Assembly: GCF_009914755.1 (NCBI RefSeq)
Contig: NC_060930.1
Length of the DNA stretch: 64,000 nt
Reading direction: 5' to 3' (one strand)
DNA from: the human T2T-CHM13v2.0 reference genome, Homo sapiens
Part shown: positions 59,185-64,000 of the stretch, piece by piece
Numbering within the stretch: position 1 is the first letter of the stretch
Layout: every line of letters starts with the position of its first letter
Made by a program: the position numbers and the translations under genes
Notes under the pieces: generated by a model
What the model saw: only the letters and a program-made list of their open reading frames with translations
Database searches by the model: none
What the model was told of the DNA's origin: nothing

Positions 59185-60002
59185 TACGTCATGATCTTCC
59201 AGCTATGTCTGCTGCAGAATTCTCAAGCAACAGAAAACCTCAAACCAAGCCAAGGAAACCTCAGTCCCAGCTGAGTCAATGGGTTGCTGGATTTCTGTGA
59301 GGCCTCCCTCTCTGTTCAAATTAGTCATGGGGCAGTGCCATGTCCCAGGATCTGTGGGACTTCCCCTTCTAGTGGCTGTCAGGAGAATAGGTTTTCCAAA
59401 GTGGACACAGGATAGGTGTAAACAATGATGGTCAAAAGGACTATGGCTCTTAATTTGGAATTGGTACCTTTCCGACGGACTCCAATACATTGTATTTTCT
59501 TTCATAGCTGTTAACACACTGAATTGCAATTAACTATTAATATATTTCTCTGTCCTCCCCACTGGGCTAGAAGTTTCTTGTAAGAATGGGCCACTCTTTT
59601 TTTCTTTTCTTTATCCCTATTGTTTCTAATACAGTCCTTGGTATACAGTGTGTTCAAAGGACGGATATATTATTATTCAGTATAAACATTTGCAATTGAT
59701 TTTCCATATTATTATGGTAATGATATGTTAATTAATTATATTAATATGGTAATGTTTTGCTTCTCTGTTCTGGAATCCTAGAGTCCAAGGGCTCTGGTTT
59801 TATTTTCTTCATCGACTAGACCTCACCTCCAGTTTTCTCTTGATAAAAGGGAAGAGACACAGTCACCAGCTGCATGGAGGCAGAAAAATAATCTGGCCTT
59901 CTAACAGCTTCTTAAACAGATTTTCAACCAACTCTCTTGTTTTCTAGTCCTACCTTCATCCTCTAACAGAACTACCTGGTGCAGCTCAACCTGGTTGCAT
60001 CT

Positions 60003-60739
<737 letters not shown>

Positions 60740-61234
60740 TCAAGAAAGTGAATATAAGTGTGTATGGTAGATCCATCCTCTTTTCCCAGAAGTCCCTGTT
60801 TGCAATAATTCATTTTTTATTTTAAAAATTTTCCATTAGTGAGGTATATTTTATATACACAAAATGTTTTGATTTTAGGTGTACTATTCAACAGGTATTG
60901 ACCTATATATAGGCATTCAATATTCCAGTTTCTCACTAGAGCCACTTATTCCTTCAACCACCCTCCTTTCTACTACTCTTGTTCTTTGACATTATCATGA
61001 CCTCTTTTCTTTTCTCCCAGTTTATCACATCCACCATGTCTTAACCTCATTCAGTAGTTGTGGTTTGAATTGTGTTCCCCAAAAAGTTATGTTGAAGTCC
61101 CAAATCTGTAGGATCTGTAGTGTTTGTGTCACCTGTTTCATTCACAACATTGGGAATTTGTGACTTCTTTTTTTCCTGATGGGTATGATTAGAAGTTTAT
61201 CAATTTTATTAAGCTTTTCAAAGAAACATCTTTT

Positions 61235-61962
<728 letters not shown>

Positions 61963-62302
61963 TAACTGGAGTAGTTCTAATTCCATTTCACCCTCTTATG
62001 CTGTGTGTCTGACTTTTGTGTATGTTACAAATCCCATGATAAATTCACATTCATTTGGCTCAATTGAATTATACTTTAAAGAGATAAAAATGAGAAAAAT
62101 CATATTTATTCAAACATTTATAATTTCCTTACTTTTTATTCTTTTTTATAGATCTAAATTTTAGCCTGGTATCGTTTTCCTTCTGCCTGAAGAATCTCCT
62201 TTAATATTTTTCATAGTGCAATTCCGGGGATATATTCTCTGTTTTGTTGGTCTGAATATGTCTTTATTATATCTTTGTTTTTTAAAGACATTTTCACTGG
62301 GT

Positions 62303-62682
62303 GTGTAAGTCCATTCTCACACTGCTACAAAGAACTACCTGAAACTAGATAATTTATGAAGAAAAGAGGTTTAATTGACTCTCAGTTCCACAGGATGTAC
62401 ATGAAGCATAGCAGGCAGGCCTCAGGAAACTTACAATCATTGCTGAAGGGCAAAAGGGAAGCAAGCACCTTCTTCACATGGCGACAGCAGAGAGAGTGAA
62501 GGGGGAGGGGCCACACACTTTTAAGCCATCAGTTCTCATGAGAACTCACTCACTGTCATGAGACCAGCAAGGGGGAAAATCTGCCCCCATGATTCAGTCA
62601 CCTCCTACCAGGTCCCTTCCCCAACACTAGGAATTACAATTCAACACGAGATTTGGGTGGAGACACAGAGCCAAACTACATC
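62303..62682 (-). mobile_element. MSTA-like LTR inserted in an old L1M
   Basis: gtaagtccattctcacactgct...gagacacagagccaaactacatca; flanked by ctggg repeats. Confidence 0.87.
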
Positions 62683-64000
62683 ACTGGGTAAAGAATTAAA
62701 GTTTGATAAATGTTTTCTCTCTCTCTGTACTTTAAAGATATCACTCCATTTTCTTTTGGTTCAAATGCATTCGGACAAGAAGTCTTCCATGATTCTTATC
62801 TTTTTACCCTTTGTATACAATGTATCTTTTTGTCTAGCTGCTTTTAAGATTTTTAAAAATACTCTTTTTCAGCAGTTTGACTATGAGATGCCTTGGTGTG
62901 GTCTTTCAGTGTCTATTCTGCTTGGCATTTGTTAAAATTCTGGAATCTGTTGGTTCATAGTTTTCTTCAAAATGGAAAAGTGTTATTCCATTATTCTTTC
63001 AGATATTGTTTCTAGCCATCGTTTTTGTAGAATCCTAATACACGTATGCTAATTATATGTCCCTTAGGTACCTAATGCTCTGCTAATTTCTTTTTGGTCT
63101 TATTTTTCTCTGTGTGCTTATTTTGCTTAGTTTATTTGTAGCAAATATTCTCCTAGGTAGGTGAAAAGGAAGGCCATGTTCTTGCCTCTCTGGCTTGGCT
63201 TTCTGCTTCCCATGATCGTACATAACCAGCTTTGATGATTTATCAGTAGAAAAAAATTGACATCCCATATTGGTGAATTTTTTTAAATTGTTAAGATTTT
63301 TTATATATACATGTTATGGTCGTATACTAGCAGGGGCATAAGTGAGTAAAAATTTTTGAAAAGAATGATGAGAGTTTCTTTGGTTTTGTTTTCCTGTGTG
63401 TGTGATTTGATCCCTAATCAACCAGAATTATCCATTTGCCTCAGAGCATGGGGAGGGAGATAACGTAGGGAGGCTTGGCTTCTTTATGCCAAATATACAA
63501 AAAAAAAGAAATTATTATTGTTAGCTTTCTGCTGCAAAAATATAACTTTAATTACCCAGCAAAGCAAGGTGCTGTTAAGAGAGAAAATTATTTCTAAACT
63601 TCTTAAACTCCCACAAGCATTATTAAGAGTACGGTCTGAAAGGCTTGAATATTCAGTTTACTATAAACCCTGGTTAGAAAAAAGTCAGGAGATGCTGTAC
63701 AGGAAGTCTCTGCTACCCGGGAATGAGAGAAAGTTGACTCTTTTGACTCTGTGGAGTGTGGAAAAAGAGTGAAAAGAGTTAAGGGGAGCTCCCAATTACA
63801 CATCTTTATGATGCCTTTACTTTATGGTAAGCTGAAATCTTAGATTTGGGGCTAAGTGTTGGGTAAGGTTGGTAGAAAGCCTGAAGTACAGATGTTTGTA
63901 CCCTGCATTTTGATTGGACCTCATGGAGGAGGAGACTGTTGGACGAATGTTCCCCTCATCAATACGCAGGTGCTACTTCCAGGAATAAACAGCTGTGCCA

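Noticed and set aside
62700-64000. Possible ENPP1 promoter or first exon at the right end
   Set aside because: No CpG island or ENPP1 N-terminal coding sequence is visible; it must lie beyond the window.

Overview
Primate (very likely human, 6q23.2) genomic DNA. Bases 1-14.3 kb hold the last five coding exons and 3' UTR of ENPP3 on the + strand, encoding the C-terminal nuclease-like domain with its [11 protein letters not shown]-hand. The splice phases join into one frame ending ...PTFETTI*. The remaining ~50 kb is repeat-rich intergenic DNA (Alu/FLAM, old L1M, L2, MIR, MaLR and ERV1 LTRs, an ERVL internal remnant, DNA transposons). By established gene order it leads toward ENPP1, whose promoter is not in the window. 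The window also holds a full-length processed RPL15 pseudogene, a MADE1 hairpin matching miR-548h (MIR548H5), and short U6 and 5S retrocopies. Most ORFs in the supplied track are Alu, simple-repeat or random frames. I found no convincing new gene or multi-gene system. The most unusual signals are local templated-insertion scars: a 199-bp inverted copy dropped into an Alu monomer at 43.6 kb, and a composite direct-plus-inverted patch just upstream of a weak ENPP3 splice acceptor at 6.9-7.1 kb. Also notable are two atypical truncated small-RNA retrocopies and a probable L1-derived ENPP3 poly(A) signal. Repeat family names come from remembered consensus sequences and repeat boundaries are approximate.
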